Below are positions 1-13,111 of a DNA stretch of 64,000 nt, piece after piece. The DNA is from Mobula hypostoma (Eukaryota). Numbering within the stretch: the stretch's first letter is position 1; every line of letters starts with the position of its first letter. A program made the translations under genes and the position numbers. Below the pieces are notes generated by a model, which saw nothing but the letters and a program-made list of their open reading frames with translations, was not told the origin of the DNA and did no database searches. Location of the stretch: NCBI RefSeq assembly GCF_963921235.1, contig NC_086108.1, forward strand, positions 28,150,001 to 28,214,000, given 5' to 3'.

Positions 1-392
1 TAGAGGGGAACTGATTAGGTCTGGAATCCAAAAAGAAGCGTAGAGCTTTGAGACCTTCCTGATGGGGGATGGAAGTATATAAGGACTGGCCATCCATGGT
101 GAAAATAAAGCGGTGGGGGCTAGGGAACTTAAAATCATCGAAAAGTTTAAGAGTGTGAGAAGTGTTACGAACATAGGTTGGAAGGGATTGAACAAGGGGT
201 GATAAAACGGTGTCGAAGTATGCAGAAACGAGTTCGGTGGGGCAGGAGCAAGCTGAGACAATAGGTCGGCCAGGACAGGCAGGTTTGTGGATCTTGGGTA
301 GGAGGTAGAAACGGGAAGTGCAGGGTGTGGGAACTATAAGGTTGGTAGCAGTGGATGGGAGATCCCCTGAGCGGATAAAGTCGGTGATGGCC
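1..392 (-). mobile_element. Penelope-like element reverse transcriptase fragment
   Basis: Minus strand translates IHKPACPGRPIVSACSCPTELVSAYFDTVLSPLVQSLPTYV...FIFTMDGQSLYTSIPHQEGLKAL, the PLE RT motifs (RPIVS; D..SLYTSIP). Confidence 0.85.
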
Positions 393-619
393 AAGAAGTT
401 TATCACTATCATCCTTGTTGTGGTGAATGCTCTACCCTTAATCAATGTCAGACAGGCACTAGAGGAGCTGAACACCATTCAAGATTCAAGATTCAAAAAA
501 ACTTTATTGTCATTCTAACCGTACATCAGCTCTGCAGGGCAGAATGAGACAGCATTTCCCAGGAGCAGTGCAATCATAACATAACAAATGCAACACTAAA
601 TAATAAACACAATAATAAA

Positions 620-2030
620 TAGCAATCACGAAACAGCATACTCTGATGCCTTCTTGATTATTGTGGGGTATTTCAAGGGGTCAGCTTGAAGAATTCTCTG
701 ACCAATTAACACCAACAAGTCAGGTGGAGCCAACACACTTGACCACTGTTACACTGCCATCAGGAGTGCCTACCATGCCATTCCATGCCCGCACTTTGGC
801 AAGTCCATTCACCTGATGTCTATTCCCAGCGTACAAGCAGAGTCTGAGGACTACAGCACCAGTGGTGAGGACCATGAAACTATGGTCAAGGGAAGCAGAG
901 GAACACCTACAGGAAGCTTTGAATCAATGGACTGGAAAATACTCAGGGATTCATCTTCAAATCTGATCGCAGTTTTCGCAGTTGAAAGGGAAGATAAAGA
1001 TACCCCTGTGCGATTGCCTGCAACGTCTGGTAGCGCTGTGATCTCTGTCTCAGAGGCTGACATCTTTCCAGAGGGTGAGCCCTCACGAGGCATCAGGCCG
1101 CGATGGTGTAGGGCTTTGAAAACATATGCCAACCCGTTGTTAAGAGTGTTCAAGGACATCTTCAGTCTCTCACTGCTGTAGTTAGAGATTCCTACCTGCT
1201 TCAAAAGAGCACCAATCATACCATGCCCAAGAAGAGCAGGGTCAGCTGCCTCAGTGGCTATCACCCAGTTGTACTTGTATCTACTGTGACCAAGGTTGGT
1301 CATGGTTAGAATCAACTCCTACCTCAGCAAGGACCTGAACCTGCTGCAATTTGCCTATCACCACAATAGGTCTACAGCGGATATCTTCACACTACCTTGG
1401 ACCACATGGACAATAGCAGTGTCTATATCAGGCTGCTCTTTATTGATTACAGCTCTGTTTCAATGCCATCAACCCTTCCATACTCATCAACAAGCATCAA
1501 ATCCTGGGGACTTCTGTACTTCCCTCTGCAACTGGATCATTAGGAGTTTGAGGACAATTGGTATGCCTCCAAAGGCCCTAACAAATTTCGACACACGGAG
1601 AGAATTCTAACTGTTTGGGTCACTGTCTGGTATGGAGGGGCCACTGCTCGGCCAGCTACGTCATGGGCAATAGCCTCCATAGCATCGAGGGCATCTTCAA
1701 AATGCGATACCTGAAAAAGGCAGCATCCATCATTGAAGACCCCCATCACCCAGGATATGTCCTCTTCTTATTACTGCTGTCAAAGAGGAGATACAGGAGC
1801 CTGAAGATGTACACTCAACATTTTGGGAACAGCTTCTCCCCCTCTACCATCAGATTTCTGATTGAACAATGAACACTACCTCACTATTATTGCTCTCTTT
1901 TTGCACTACTCGTTAAGTTTTGTTCATATATATTTCTTATTGTAATTTATAGTATTTATGCATCACACTGTGTGGCTGTCTCAAGACAAATTTCACCCAG
2001 TACTCTATCTGTCAGTGATATCTGAGCCTG
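620..2030 (+). mobile_element. Degenerate Rex1/Babar-like LINE with internal deletions
   Basis: Endonuclease-end motif TLDHCYTAIRSAYHAIPCPHFGKS near 735-810, RT remnants, and the C-terminal DPHHPG..LF.LL.S.RRYRSL motif (ORF 1615-1872), followed by an AT-rich 3' UTR. Confidence 0.75.
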
Positions 2031-2739
2031 ACAGTAAGGCAACCAGATATGCTGTACATAGCAACTGTCGGCTCAATGAACTTGTGGGATCCTTACTAAA
2101 ACTGTCACCTTCAAAAATTTTTTTAATCATTCAGCTATTATGAACACTGCTAACACACTTCACTGAAAAGTTATTCTAGCCGTTTACTGGTTGGTTATTC
2201 AAATCTTTTGATTGATTTCTGCCTGCTTTTTAGCAAGTTCCCACCAGGTATAGGACATCCCTGGCTAATGATCAACCCAAAATATAATTAAATACAAAAA
2301 CTGTTGTACTGTATGTATCTACATTCATTTCTGTAAATGGCAGAACTAGTTTCCTCCTCTTAGTATAGTTCTTTCTTGTCAATCTTGTGTGTTTTTGATG
2401 ACATTCATTGCAGTATTATCGGAGATGACTTTTATGTATTTTCTGATTTATGGACAAAATCAGTTTATGGATGTCTATGAAAACATAACCTATTTGTTAC
2501 CCTGGGACATCTTGTACTGGAGAAGTCTAAAACCTGAATTTGTTCATTTGTGGCAGAAATATTCCACTCAGGTTTCATGTTGATAGCTCTTTCACACCAA
2601 GCAGGCAAACTCTTGGCTTCTTCTACAAACAAATGGAGTTATAAATCCAAAGGATAAGGCTTTGCACACGATGGATGACTGTCAGTGGGTGCTCAGTGTC
2701 ATGCTCGGAGCCAAAAGGGACTAATGGGTGCTGTACAAC

Positions 2740-2919
2740 AACAGGAATTCTGCAGATGCTGGAAATTCAAGCAACACACATCAAAGTTGCTGGTGAACGC
2801 AGCAGGCCAGGCAGCATCTATAGGAAGAGGCGCAGTCGACGTTTCAGGCCGAGACCCTTCGTCAGGATGAAGATGCTGCCTGGCCTTCTGCGTTCACCAG
2901 CAACTTTGATGTGTGTTGC
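2740..2919 (-). mobile_element. Penelope-derived fold-back mini-element enclosing a hammerhead motif
   Basis: 49-bp inverted repeat (2771-2819 vs 2871-2919, 1 mismatch) around the minus-strand CTGACGA-AGGGTCTCGGCCT-GAAACGTC motif. The left arm carries an extra ~30-nt pLTR tail. Confidence 0.85.
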
Positions 2920-5609
2920 TGTAATGGGTGCTGTAGATAGTTCCTGAAATAATGTCTGCCACACCTTAAATGCATTTAAACCACTGAAAGCAAAACAATT
3001 TATTTTCTTCCTCACTCAGCAGATATCAGTTCTGCTCCTAATCTGCTATGCTAAACAAAGAAACAGTACACACTTGATGTGGAGCAGGGAATCAAAAGCT
3101 GGGCCACATGAAGTGCAGCATTAGGTGTGAGGCAAGACAGGTCAGAAGAGGTTCTACAGTCAGGTAGTATGGGAGCCGAGCAAAGAAAGAGAAAGAAGGA
3201 AATTAGAATTACTGTAAAGTAAAATGCAGAATATTTCAAAGTCTTTTAAGTGTTGTAGTGTAGGTGACACGGCATGGATATAAATTCTTGCAGGAAAGTT
3301 GATTTGACAGAAATATTGCCAGATGTTAACAGACTTGTAAGTCACAGCTTGTTATGAACCTCACTGTTTTAGCTGTTAACGGTTAATTCAGAGTGAAGAC
3401 TCTGGAAGCTTCTGTCTCCTATTAACCACCAAACAAGAGCCTGTGCAACACATTGCTGTCCTCATTTCACTGCCCACGGATGTAATGCTTATGGGAGAAT
3501 TTGTATCACAAAAGAAAAGTGATTCAGAACCAAAGGTTTTTCTAACTGTGTATACAGCATCAACATCAAGCAGAACATAACGATATGGACCCCGGGATGG
3601 CACTTTTTTTACATCAAAAATATTTTGGGCATCAAAGGATAAGGAGAGAAGATAAGAGAATGGGGTTGAGAGGGATAATAAATCAGCCATGATGATTTGG
3701 TGGAGCAGACTTAATGGGCTGAATGGCCCAATTCTGCTCCTATGTCTTATGGTCTTAATTTTTTCATAAAATCTGTGATTGTACATAATATGGAACATTC
3801 ATGTATTGTCACTTCTGGGCAACTTGTATCACTCTTCCTGCATTATGTTAGCATGACATCAGTTCTTTGGACTACTTTCCTTAAGTAAATAATCCAAGGG
3901 GATTGTGTATAAATTCACATTATGTACAAGGTTAACTGCCTTGAACTGAAGCAGCTCTGCTTATTTATCAATAGAAAACTTCTCTGCTCCGATCTTCAGA
4001 GAGGGATATCGTGAAATGTTCAAGGTCAGAATCGATTGGTTTAGAGTAGGAAGCCATGGAGATGTATTTCTACTGCGGGGCTATTTTACAGACTGCCAGT
4101 TAGTGGGAAAGTTATTAAGGAGCAAACCTGCAGGAACGTCATGCATGTGAAAACTGTAAAGTAATGGTAAAGAGGTCTTCAACTCTCCAATTGAGCCTAG
4201 AATTGTATATAATACAAAATGTTCATGCATCACCATTTGCAGGACAGCTTGTGTCACCCACATTATATAACTTTTCATTTACATACCTCAGTTAAACTGT
4301 CAAAAGGGATTTGGTGCAGGTTCCACATGGCATGATACTTATTTATTATTATTATTTCTTCTTTTTCTGTTTGCACAGTTTGTTGTCTTCTGCAGTCTGT
4401 TGTACGGCCTAGTTAGGCAGTCTTTCATTGATTCTGTTATGGTTATTATTCTATAGATTTAGAGTCCACAAAAATGAATCTCAGGCTTGTATATGGTGTT
4501 ATGTATGTAGTTTGGTATTAAATTGACTTTGAACTTTAGTATACAAGGTTCACTGGCGTTGATTGCCACTCTGTCTCTTTTTTTAAAATTCAGTTGTTCT
4601 GAGCGTTCGTAGTCAGCTTGTTTCCACTTGCATCAATAACCTGCTGCCTATTACATGATTCTCTTCTGCTCTGATCTTTTTTTTGGTCGCCAAGTTCTAA
4701 TGTTATTTTCTTTACCATGCTCTGCATAAGAATCATCTTATCACATACCACCACAACTCCTCGATATTTCATTCTGTATATCTCTAGGCTATATTGAATC
4801 TAGAAGTATTGAAGATCACCCTTTCCCCTCTCTTAAGCCAAGTCTTTGTCTTAACACAACATAGTGATCCTGTGCAGCTCAGTAACCTTGTTTAATGTAC
4901 TTCATTCAGATTAAGCACGAAAAATTCAGCGTCTGTTCAGTTCCATATCTTCTATTCAAGGCTTTATCATTTCCCTGCCTCTACTTAGATGTGATCCTAA
5001 TTGATGGTGGCAGTGGATGTGTGAAACTGTTGAGGGCATCAGTCTCTCATTGCTCTGAAGAAGAAGGAATCTAATAGGAAGAAAACAGTCGACCATGGAA
5101 GAAAGAGAGGGACGAAGGGAAGCAGAGGGAGATGATAACTGGGTGATTAGAAGTGAGAGAGAGAGAGAGAGAGAGAATGAATAACCATTCTCAAGGACAA
5201 CTTCTAGCCTACTATCACACAGTTGAATGGTTCCCTTGTACACTTGATGTCACAATCAAGGTAGACTCTTGACTTCAGAACCTATTTCATTCTAATCTTA
5301 CACATTATTGCCTACCTGCCCTGCACTTTCTCTGTAGCTGTTGCACTTTTATTCTGTATTCTGCTACTGTTTTCTCTTGTACTACCTCATTGCACTGTGT
5401 AATGATTTAAACTTCATGAACAGTATGCAAGACAAGCTTTTCAATGAACCTCAGTACATGTGACAATAATAAAACCAATTCCAATTCCAGAATATATATT
5501 TCAGCAGTTACAAAACTATAGTAAAGTGCATGTGAACAAATAAGGTGCAAGGGACATAGCAGATGGATTGGGAGATTAAGAGTTCATCTTTTAGTGTATT
5601 AAAGACTTG

Positions 5610-6152
5610 TTGAAGTCATATGAATGGAAAATCTTACAAGAAGTAGTGGATACAGCCCATTTCATCACAGGTAAATCCCGCCCCACCATTGAGCACATCT
5701 ACATCAAGCACTGTCATAGGACAGCAGCATCCATTATCAGGGACCCCCACCATCCAGGCCATGCTCTCTTCTTACTGCTGCCACAAGGAAGAAGATGCAG
5801 GAGGTTCAGGACCCACATCGCTAGGTTCAGGATGGTTATTAACACTCAACCATCAGGCTCTTGAACCAGAGGGAGTATCTTCACTCGTCCCTTCACTGAA
5901 CTGTTCCCACAATCTATGGACTCACTTTCAAGGACTCTTCATCTCATATTCTTGATATTTATTGCCTTTTTTTTTTCTTTTATATTTGCACAGTTTACTG
6001 TCTTTTGCACATTATTTGTTTTTCCATCTTGTTGGGTATGGTATTTCATTGATTCTATTGTGTATCTTGGATTTACTGTGTATGCCTGCAAGAAAACAAA
6101 TTGCAGGGTTGTATATGGTGACATATATGTACTTTAAGAATAAATATACTTA
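5610..6152 (+). mobile_element. Rex1/Babar-like LINE 3' fragment
   Basis: ORF 5607-5864 contains AASIIRDPHHPGHALFLLLPQGRR; the T-rich 3' UTR ends in AATAAA plus a short tail. Confidence 0.75.
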
Positions 6153-6487
6153 ACATCAACAAGATAGTCTGGTGGTATGTGCTCTCAGGCTACTGCCCAA
6201 TGGGAGTGGAGAGAAGAAAGAATGACTGGGATAGGAGAGGTTCTTGATTTTCTTAATTCCTATAGATTCCCTGAAGAGTAGGCTATTTGTTGTAGAAACG
6301 AACCAGAAGGTCAATGACATGGGCCCATTGATCTATAAGTCCTTTCTCCCTTGACTCTCTGAAGTTAAGCCATGAAAGTTGAATAACAGGGCAGGTGGAA
6401 TCACTAAATGGCTTGCTGGCACCAGTAGGCGGCTCACAGGAGCAAAGGAAAACTATGCCTGCAAAACAGAAAAGACTACAGAAGATT

Positions 6488-8847
6488 AGACCATAAGACA
6501 AAGGAGCAGAAGTCGGCCATTCGGCCCCTCAAGCCTGCTCCGTCATTTTATCATGAGCTGATCCATTCTCCCATTTAGTCCCACTCCCCCGCCTTCTCAC
6601 CATAACCTTTGATGCCCTGGCTACTCAGATACCTATCAATCTCTGCCTTAAATACACCCAATGACTTGGCCTCCACTGCTGCCCGTGGCAACAAATTCCA
6701 TAGATTCACCACCCTCTGGCTAAAAAAATTTCTTCGCATTTCTCTTCTGAATGGGCGCCCTTCAATCCTAAAGTCATGCCCTCTCGTACTAGACTCCCCC
6801 ATCATGGGAAACAACTTTACCACATCCACTTTGTCCATGCCTTTCAACATTCAAAATGTTTCTATGAGGTCTCCCTCATTCTTCTAAACTCAAAGGAATA
6901 CAATCCAAGAGCGGACAAACGTTCCTCATATGTTAACCCTCTCATTCCCGGAATCATTCTAGTGAATCTTCTCTGTACCCTCTCCAATGTCAGCACATCC
7001 TTTCTTAAATAAGGAGACCAAAACTGCCCAAGTACTCCAAGTGAGGTCTCACCAGTGCCTCATAGAGCCTCAACATCACATCCCTGCTCCCATACTCTAT
7101 TCTTCTAGAAATGAATGCCAACATTGCATTCGCCTTCTTCACCACCGACTCAACCTGGAGGTTAACCTTAAGGGCATCCTGTACGATGACTCCCAAGTCC
7201 CGTTGCATCTCAGAACTTTGAATTCTTTCTCCATTTAAATAATAGTCTGCCCGTTTATTTTTTCTGCCAAAGTGCATAACCATACACTTTCCAACACTGT
7301 ATTTCATTTGCCACTTCTTTTCCCATTCTTCCAATCTATCCAAGTCTCTCTGCAGACTCTCTGTTTCCTCAGCACTAACGGCCCCTCCACCTATCTTCAT
7401 ATCGTCATAAAATTTAGCCACAAAGCCATCTATTCATAATCCAAGTCGTTGATGTACAATGTAAAAAGAAGCAGCCCCAACACGGACCCCTGTGGAACAT
7501 CACTGGTAACCAGCATCAACCAGAATAAGATCCTTTTATTCCCACTCTCTGTTTCCTGCCAATCAGCCAACGCTCTATCCACGTATGTAACTTTCCCGTA
7601 ATTCCATGGGCTCTTGCTAAGTAGCCTCATGTGTGGCACCTTGTCAAAGGCCTTCTGAAAATCCAAATATACAACATCCACTGCATCTCTCTTGTCTAGC
7701 CTACTTGTAATTTCCTCAAAAAATTGTGATAGGTTTGTCAGGCAGGATTTTCCTTTAAGGAATCCATGCTGAGTTCTGCCTATCTTGTCATATGCCTCCA
7801 GGTACTCTGTAACCTCATCCTTGACAATCGATTCCAAAAACTTCCCAACCACCAAAGTCAAACTAACAGGTCTATAATTTCCTTTTTGCTTCCTTGCCCC
7901 CTTCTTAAATAGTGGAGTGACATTTGCAATCTTCCAGTCCTCCGGAACCATGCCAGAATCTATTGACTTTTGAAAGATCATCGCTAATGCCTCCGCAATC
8001 TCCACAGCTACTTCCTTCAGAACACGAGGGTGCATTCCATCTGGTCTGGGAGATTTATCTACCTTTAGACTATTCAGCTTCCTGAGTACTTTCTCTGTCG
8101 TAATTGTGACTGCGCACACTTCTCTTCCCTGCCACCCTTGAGTGTCCGGTATACTGCTGATGTCTTCCTCAGTGAAGACTGATGCAAAATACTCGTTCAG
8201 TTCCTCTGCCATCTCCTTATCTCCCATTGCAATTTCTCCAGCATCATTTTCTATCGGTCCTATATCTACTCTCACCTGTCTTTTACTCTCTATATACTTG
8301 AAAAAGCTTTTAGTATCCTCTTTGGTATTATCTGCTAGCTTCCTTTCACGGTAAATATTTTCCCCCTTAATGACCTTCTTAGTTTCCTTTTGTAAGCTTT
8401 TAAAAACTTCCCAATCCTCTGTCTTCCCACTAATTTTTGCTTCCTTGTATGCCCTCTCCTTTGCTTTAACTTTGGCTTTGACTTCTCTAGTCAACCACGG
8501 TTACATCCTTTTTCCATTCGAAAAATTCTTCTTTTTTGGAATATACCTGTCTTGCACCTTCCTCACTTCTCGCATAAACTCCAGCCACTGCTGCTCTTCT
8601 GTCCTTCCCGCCAGTGTCCCCTTCCAGTCAACTTTGGCCAGTTCCTCTCTCATGCCACTGTAATTTCCTTTACTCCACTGAAATACTGACACATCGGATT
8701 TTGGCTTCTCTTTCTTAAATTTCACAGTGAACTCAATCATGTTATGATCACTGTCTCCTAAGGGTTCCTTCACCTCAATCTCTCTAATCATCTCCGGTTC
8801 ATTACACAATACCCAATCCAGTACAGCCGATCCCCTAGTGGGCTCAA
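6488..8847 (-). mobile_element. 5'-truncated CR1 LINE (ORF2 with frameshifts)
   Basis: ORFs 8501-8809, 7430-8494, 7005-7421 and 6575-6850 give the end of the APE domain (LGDSDH), the RT motifs ([32 protein letters not shown]) and the CR1 C-terminus (FFSQRVVNLWN). Confidence 0.95.
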
Positions 8848-9118
8848 TACCATTCTGGAAGATTCTGGAAGAACAAGCAAAATTCTGGAGGAACTCAGTG
8901 ACTGTAGCAGTATGTAATGAGGAAAATGGACATTGGATGTTTCAAGTTGAGACCCTTCATTGGGACCATGCCTAGGAATTTATTTAGCCTTGAAAGGAAG
9001 TGGAACCCCCTGAAATTCACACCTCGGCAGGAAGAATTGAGAAGGGGCACGAGACTGACAATTCTTCCCCTCCTCCCCCAACACAAATGTGGCTGAAGCC
9101 ACTGACTTCCTCCAGCAG

Positions 9119-9196
9119 ATGGTTATGTTGTGGAAGGATTGATGAGTTCCTCCCATTATGGTTATGTTGTGGAGGGATTGATCACTTCCTCCCACC
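9119..9196 (+). repeat. 39-bp tandem duplication (2 copies)
   Basis: atggttatgttgtggaaggattgatgagttcctccc is repeated as atggttatgttgtggagggattgatcacttcctccc. Confidence 0.85.
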
Positions 9197-9663
9197 ATCT
9201 ATGAACACTGGTTTCAATTGCTTACAAGCAGACATCTCCTGTAAAACAGTGGATGGCACAATATGAGAATGTATTGACAGTCTGATGACTGGTACAGTCC
9301 TGGATGTCATTGTTAAGATAAAAGTTTGAATTTCGGCCATACCTTCATGTGTGGATGTACAAACTTCAAAGCACAAACTCCATGATACTATGTTGGTAAA
9401 GAGAAGGAAGATAGATGCTCTTGGTTGCCAGTTATTTATCCCTTCAGTGAATATCACCAAAACCACTAGGTCATCAATAAAGTGCTTTTTATGTGATCTT
9501 GCTGTGTGCAAATTAGCTGGCATATTTCCTAAGTAAAATCAACAACTACATAAATTCTGAGTTACTAGTGAATTAATGTTGGACTTCATAGGTGTGGTAC
9601 TGCAGGTTCTTTTGTTGTTAACTCCGAGAAAAAAAAATCATTGCCTTAGTTCTGAGTGCAAAT

Positions 9664-10226
9664 GTGTGTTGTTCGTCCATCGTACGTCGCTGAGGACCTC
9701 GACACCATTATTGATGGTGTCGAGACTAGCGCGTGATTTGGATTTAAGTAAGGGAGAGTTGCGCAGCGTCAGCCTCACTCTCTCTTCCCAATTCCCATCT
9801 GGATCCAGTGGTGAGACAGAGTCGAGACGGCTGGAGATGGGACTAGGCGCAGTGGATGACCAGGGCGTCTTCTCTGTCTTGTCCTGCTCTACATGTTCCA
9901 CGACGCTTGCAGAGACTGCCTTCTTGACCATTGGATCTTCTATTGGTCTCGTCCGCTCCATCCACCGGAGTCTGTCTTCACATGCTGGGATAGACAACTC
10001 CCTATCTCACCGAGGGTTTGAGACCCGTCAGCTACCCTCACCTGGTTTAGCCGGCTTGTTGAAGCCGTTGCCTGGGTGTGGCCGCTGTCGCATGCAAACA
10101 GCTACAGGGAGCCACAGGTGAGAGCTGAGTGCCAGGTGGGGACCAAAGGTGGACTAACCGCCTGGAAAAGGACGCGACATGTTACCCCACCAGAGGTGCT
10201 ACCCCTCCCTGACACCCCATCCACCC
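9664..10226 (-). mobile_element. Non-autonomous retroposon (probably RTE-derived), copy 1
   Basis: 12-bp TSD ctgagtgcaaat (9652-9663 and 10227-10238); short (CAA)n 3' tail on the minus strand; about 93% identical by manual count to 31165-31731; no recognisable RT. Confidence 0.9.
10039..10218 (-). ncRNA. HDV-like ribozyme, degenerate copy
   Basis: Same fold as copy 2, but P1/P1.1 reads ACACCC-A-GGCAA (1-nt loss plus a substitution) and L3 reads UCCCUGU. Confidence 0.6.
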
Positions 10227-10633
10227 CTGAGTGCAAATAATGGCAGCATGTCAACAGACAAGAGGGAGGAGGAAGATAAAACTGCACAGAACCACAGAAT
10301 CCTTGACATTTTGACTAATTTCCACTAGTACTCTGGCAATGTCAAATCAAGGCACATGTTTCTCTGTATTTTTTTCTGAAGTAAAGTGTTATTCCAAGGT
10401 TGCACTGAGAGAGTGATATTCTCTAAATTTCGGAAATGACTTATTTAGACACTTCTGCCTGCAGCATTTTCAGATCTATTGATTGGAATGTTTTGAAGGC
10501 TATTACCTTTTACTGGGAGACTGGAGCTGTGGTAATATGTGACAGTCCCTGAAATTTCCCTCTTAAGTAACTTTTATCAGTGCGTTGGACTGCAAGACAC
10601 TACAGAGGACTGTAAAAACTGCCAAGAGGATCA

Positions 10634-11307
10634 ATGGCGGACAGAGTTGGCGAAAATAAAGCGGTAGGGGCCAAGGAACTTAAAATCATTGCCAGAGAAA
10701 GCAGGATCTCTCAGTGGCCACACATTTTAATTCCATGTCCCATTCCCATTCTGATATGTCTCTCCATGGCCTCCTCTACTGTAAAGATGAAGCCACACTC
10801 AGGTTGGAGGAACAACACCTTATATTCTATCTGGGTAGCCTCCAACCTGATGGCATGAACACTGACTTCTCAAACTTCTGCTAATGCCCCACCTCATCCA
10901 TTATTTATTTATTTATTTATATACACACAATTTTTTTTCTCTCTCTCTCCTTTTTCTCCCTCTGTCCCTCTCACTGTACTCCTTGCCCATCCTCTGGGCT
11001 TCCCCCCTGCCCCTTTCTTTCTCCCTAGGCCTCCCATCCCATGATCCTCTCATATCCCTTTTGCCAATCAACTGTCCAGCTCCTGGCTCCATCCCTCCCC
11101 CTCCTGTCTTCTCCTATCGTTTTGGATCTTCCCCTCCCCACTTTCAAATCCTTCACTATCTCTTCTTTCAGTTAGTCCTGACGAAGGGTCTCAGCCCGAA
11201 ACGTCGACTGTACCTCTTCCTAGAGATGCTGCCTGGCCTGCTGCGTTCACCAGCAACTTTTATGTGTGTTGCTTGAAATTCCAGCATCTGCAGATTTCCT
11301 CGTGTTC
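10634..11307 (+). mobile_element. Penelope-like element 3' fragment (GIY-YIG C-terminus plus pLTR), with a short inverted RT piece at 10651-10689, nested in a Rex1-like fragment (10585-11628)
   Basis: Nearly identical to 13376-13995. 10651-10689 matches the RT fragment at about 101-139. The flanks are consecutive Rex1-like pieces ending in an (ACTTGA)n tail. Confidence 0.85.
11174..11209 (+). ncRNA. Minimal type I hammerhead ribozyme (PLE pLTR)
   Basis: agtc-CTGACGA-a-ggg-tctcag-ccc-GAAA-cg-TC^-gact: stem I agtc/gact, intact core, stem II ggg/ccc, palindromic mini stem III. Confidence 0.85.
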
Positions 11308-12199
11308 CCATGATCTTTTGACCTACTACTGTCAGGAAGGAGGTAAAAAAGTGTCAGGGCTAGGACTGCCAGACTGGGTAACAGTTTCTTTCCTCAACTT
11401 GTGAGATTAATGAATACCCTGCGACCACTAAGGTCTCATCACTAGGACAGTGAGCTGTTTACTGAACTGTTTTCCTATGCTCTGCTTTACTACGTGCAAT
11501 TTGAATTATATTTTATTAACTTTGATTTATGTACTATGTGATATATATTGTGTGGGTGCACCATGGTACAAAGGAACGTTGTTTGGTTTTGTTGTACAGT
11601 CAGATGACAATAAACTTGAACTTGAACTAGTTCCAGCAGTAGTTCCTGTCAATCATTCTTGACCTGGTGGCTGTTTATCATGTAGGAAACTAAACAGTGA
11701 GAGGAGTGGACAGGCAGGCTGAGGAAGGGGGCTACACAGCCTTCTCCATGCTTCTGCCTGCTCTCCATCTCCATACATACTCCTTCCAGCAGAGTCAGAG
11801 GTTGATGGTCATAGGAAATTATAGTCAGGGAGAAAAGGCCCTTTGTCCCAATGGTGACTATCGACCATTCATTTACAATAACCCAACATTTTGCTTGTAC
11901 CAGGATGAGTACAAAAGGCTGCTGTTCCCTTTTAGTTATTAACACTCATTTTCTAATTCAGTCATCTGGCGAGCTTACAGTAAGAGAGGCTTGTGTGGCA
12001 ATTATTTTAGCGCACTTAAGAAAATTTTTAGTCAGGGTTTCTCTATGATGTCTGGGAAACAGTATATGAAACAAAAGTATGTCATTCTGTCCCGTATACC
12101 TGGTCCACTGTTCATGGCTAATCATCTTTGTCCACTTTCCTGCAAAAGTGCATTAACTTTCATTTTTCCATCATCCACACATGTGCCCATTCACTAAAT

Positions 12200-12425
12200 T
12201 GCCTAATGCAGTGACACAGCAGGTAAAGCTGCAGTGTTTCATCTCCAGCCACCCAGGTTTAATCCTGACCCTCAGTGCTCTCTGTTTGCCCATTCCTTCT
12301 GTGAGTGTGTGGGTTTCCTCTGGGTGCTCCAGTTTCTTCCCTCATTCCCAAAGCCATGCGGGTCAGTAGGTTAATTATCGGCTGAATTGCCACTAGTGTG
12401 TAGGTGGGTGGGAATTTGCAGACTG
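12200..12425 (+). mobile_element. V-SINE (HE1-like), degenerate
   Basis: V-domain-like gtgtgggtttcctctgggtgctccagtttcttccctcattcccaaag...taggttaatt. Similar copies lie at ~26195-26340(+), 29755-29995(-), 30600-30850(+), 35450-35770(-), 42105-42425(+) and 62745-62885(+). Confidence 0.75.
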
Positions 12426-13111
12426 GACCTGATAACATTACATACTTAGTAGCTGGAAGGCCAGTTTCCATTCTGCAAGACGCTGTGATTCTGTTATTCC
12501 CCAGAGGTTCTCTGCATTTCCCCAACAGCCCCACACTGCTGTGTTCTATCCTTTTGAAACATATTGCAGAAAGCATACAATCTGTGCTACAGATGGGGAC
12601 AACAGTTTGTACAATTCAGATTCCTCAAAGGTTTCTTTAAAGTTAAGTGAGCCTGATTATTCTAATGGGCATTGCCAATCCTTGGAAGGACATTGATTGA
12701 CACAAAATGCATGTTATAAGCAATTCATCTTTCTTCCAAATTGTTTCCATTTCTTTGTCTCCGAACATATTCAAGAATATTCCTCTTTAACAGTCTCAGT
12801 TATGTTCCACATCAAAATATCCCAGCCTTTTATGTAACACACGATTTAAAATCTTGATATTTGTCCTGTGTGGCAAATGAGATGGCTAGCTCCTTATCTC
12901 TTCTCAGTTCAATTGAAGCTGTAGTTGAGCAGGATGTCAGAAAAAGCTGAGCATGGTAATCCCTGGAATATGGGGTTGAAAGGGAATGCAGCATGACAGG
13001 GGTTCAGATCATCTCATATGAGAAGACTTCATACCTGGGCACGGGATTCAACTGGAGCCACCAGCTGCTGAGCACCAATGATGCAAAGGGAAAAGCCACA
13101 TTCTGTAGCCT

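Noticed and set aside
3391..3580. Open frame after an AG, possible exon
   Set aside because: Weak polypyrimidine tract, no convincing donor, and no recognisable homology.
9576..10121. 181-aa and 201-aa + strand ORFs (also 31133-31738) shared by the two retroposon copies
   Set aside because: Antisense to the element; starts lie in unrelated flanking DNA; the frames diverge at an indel; no recognisable domain.
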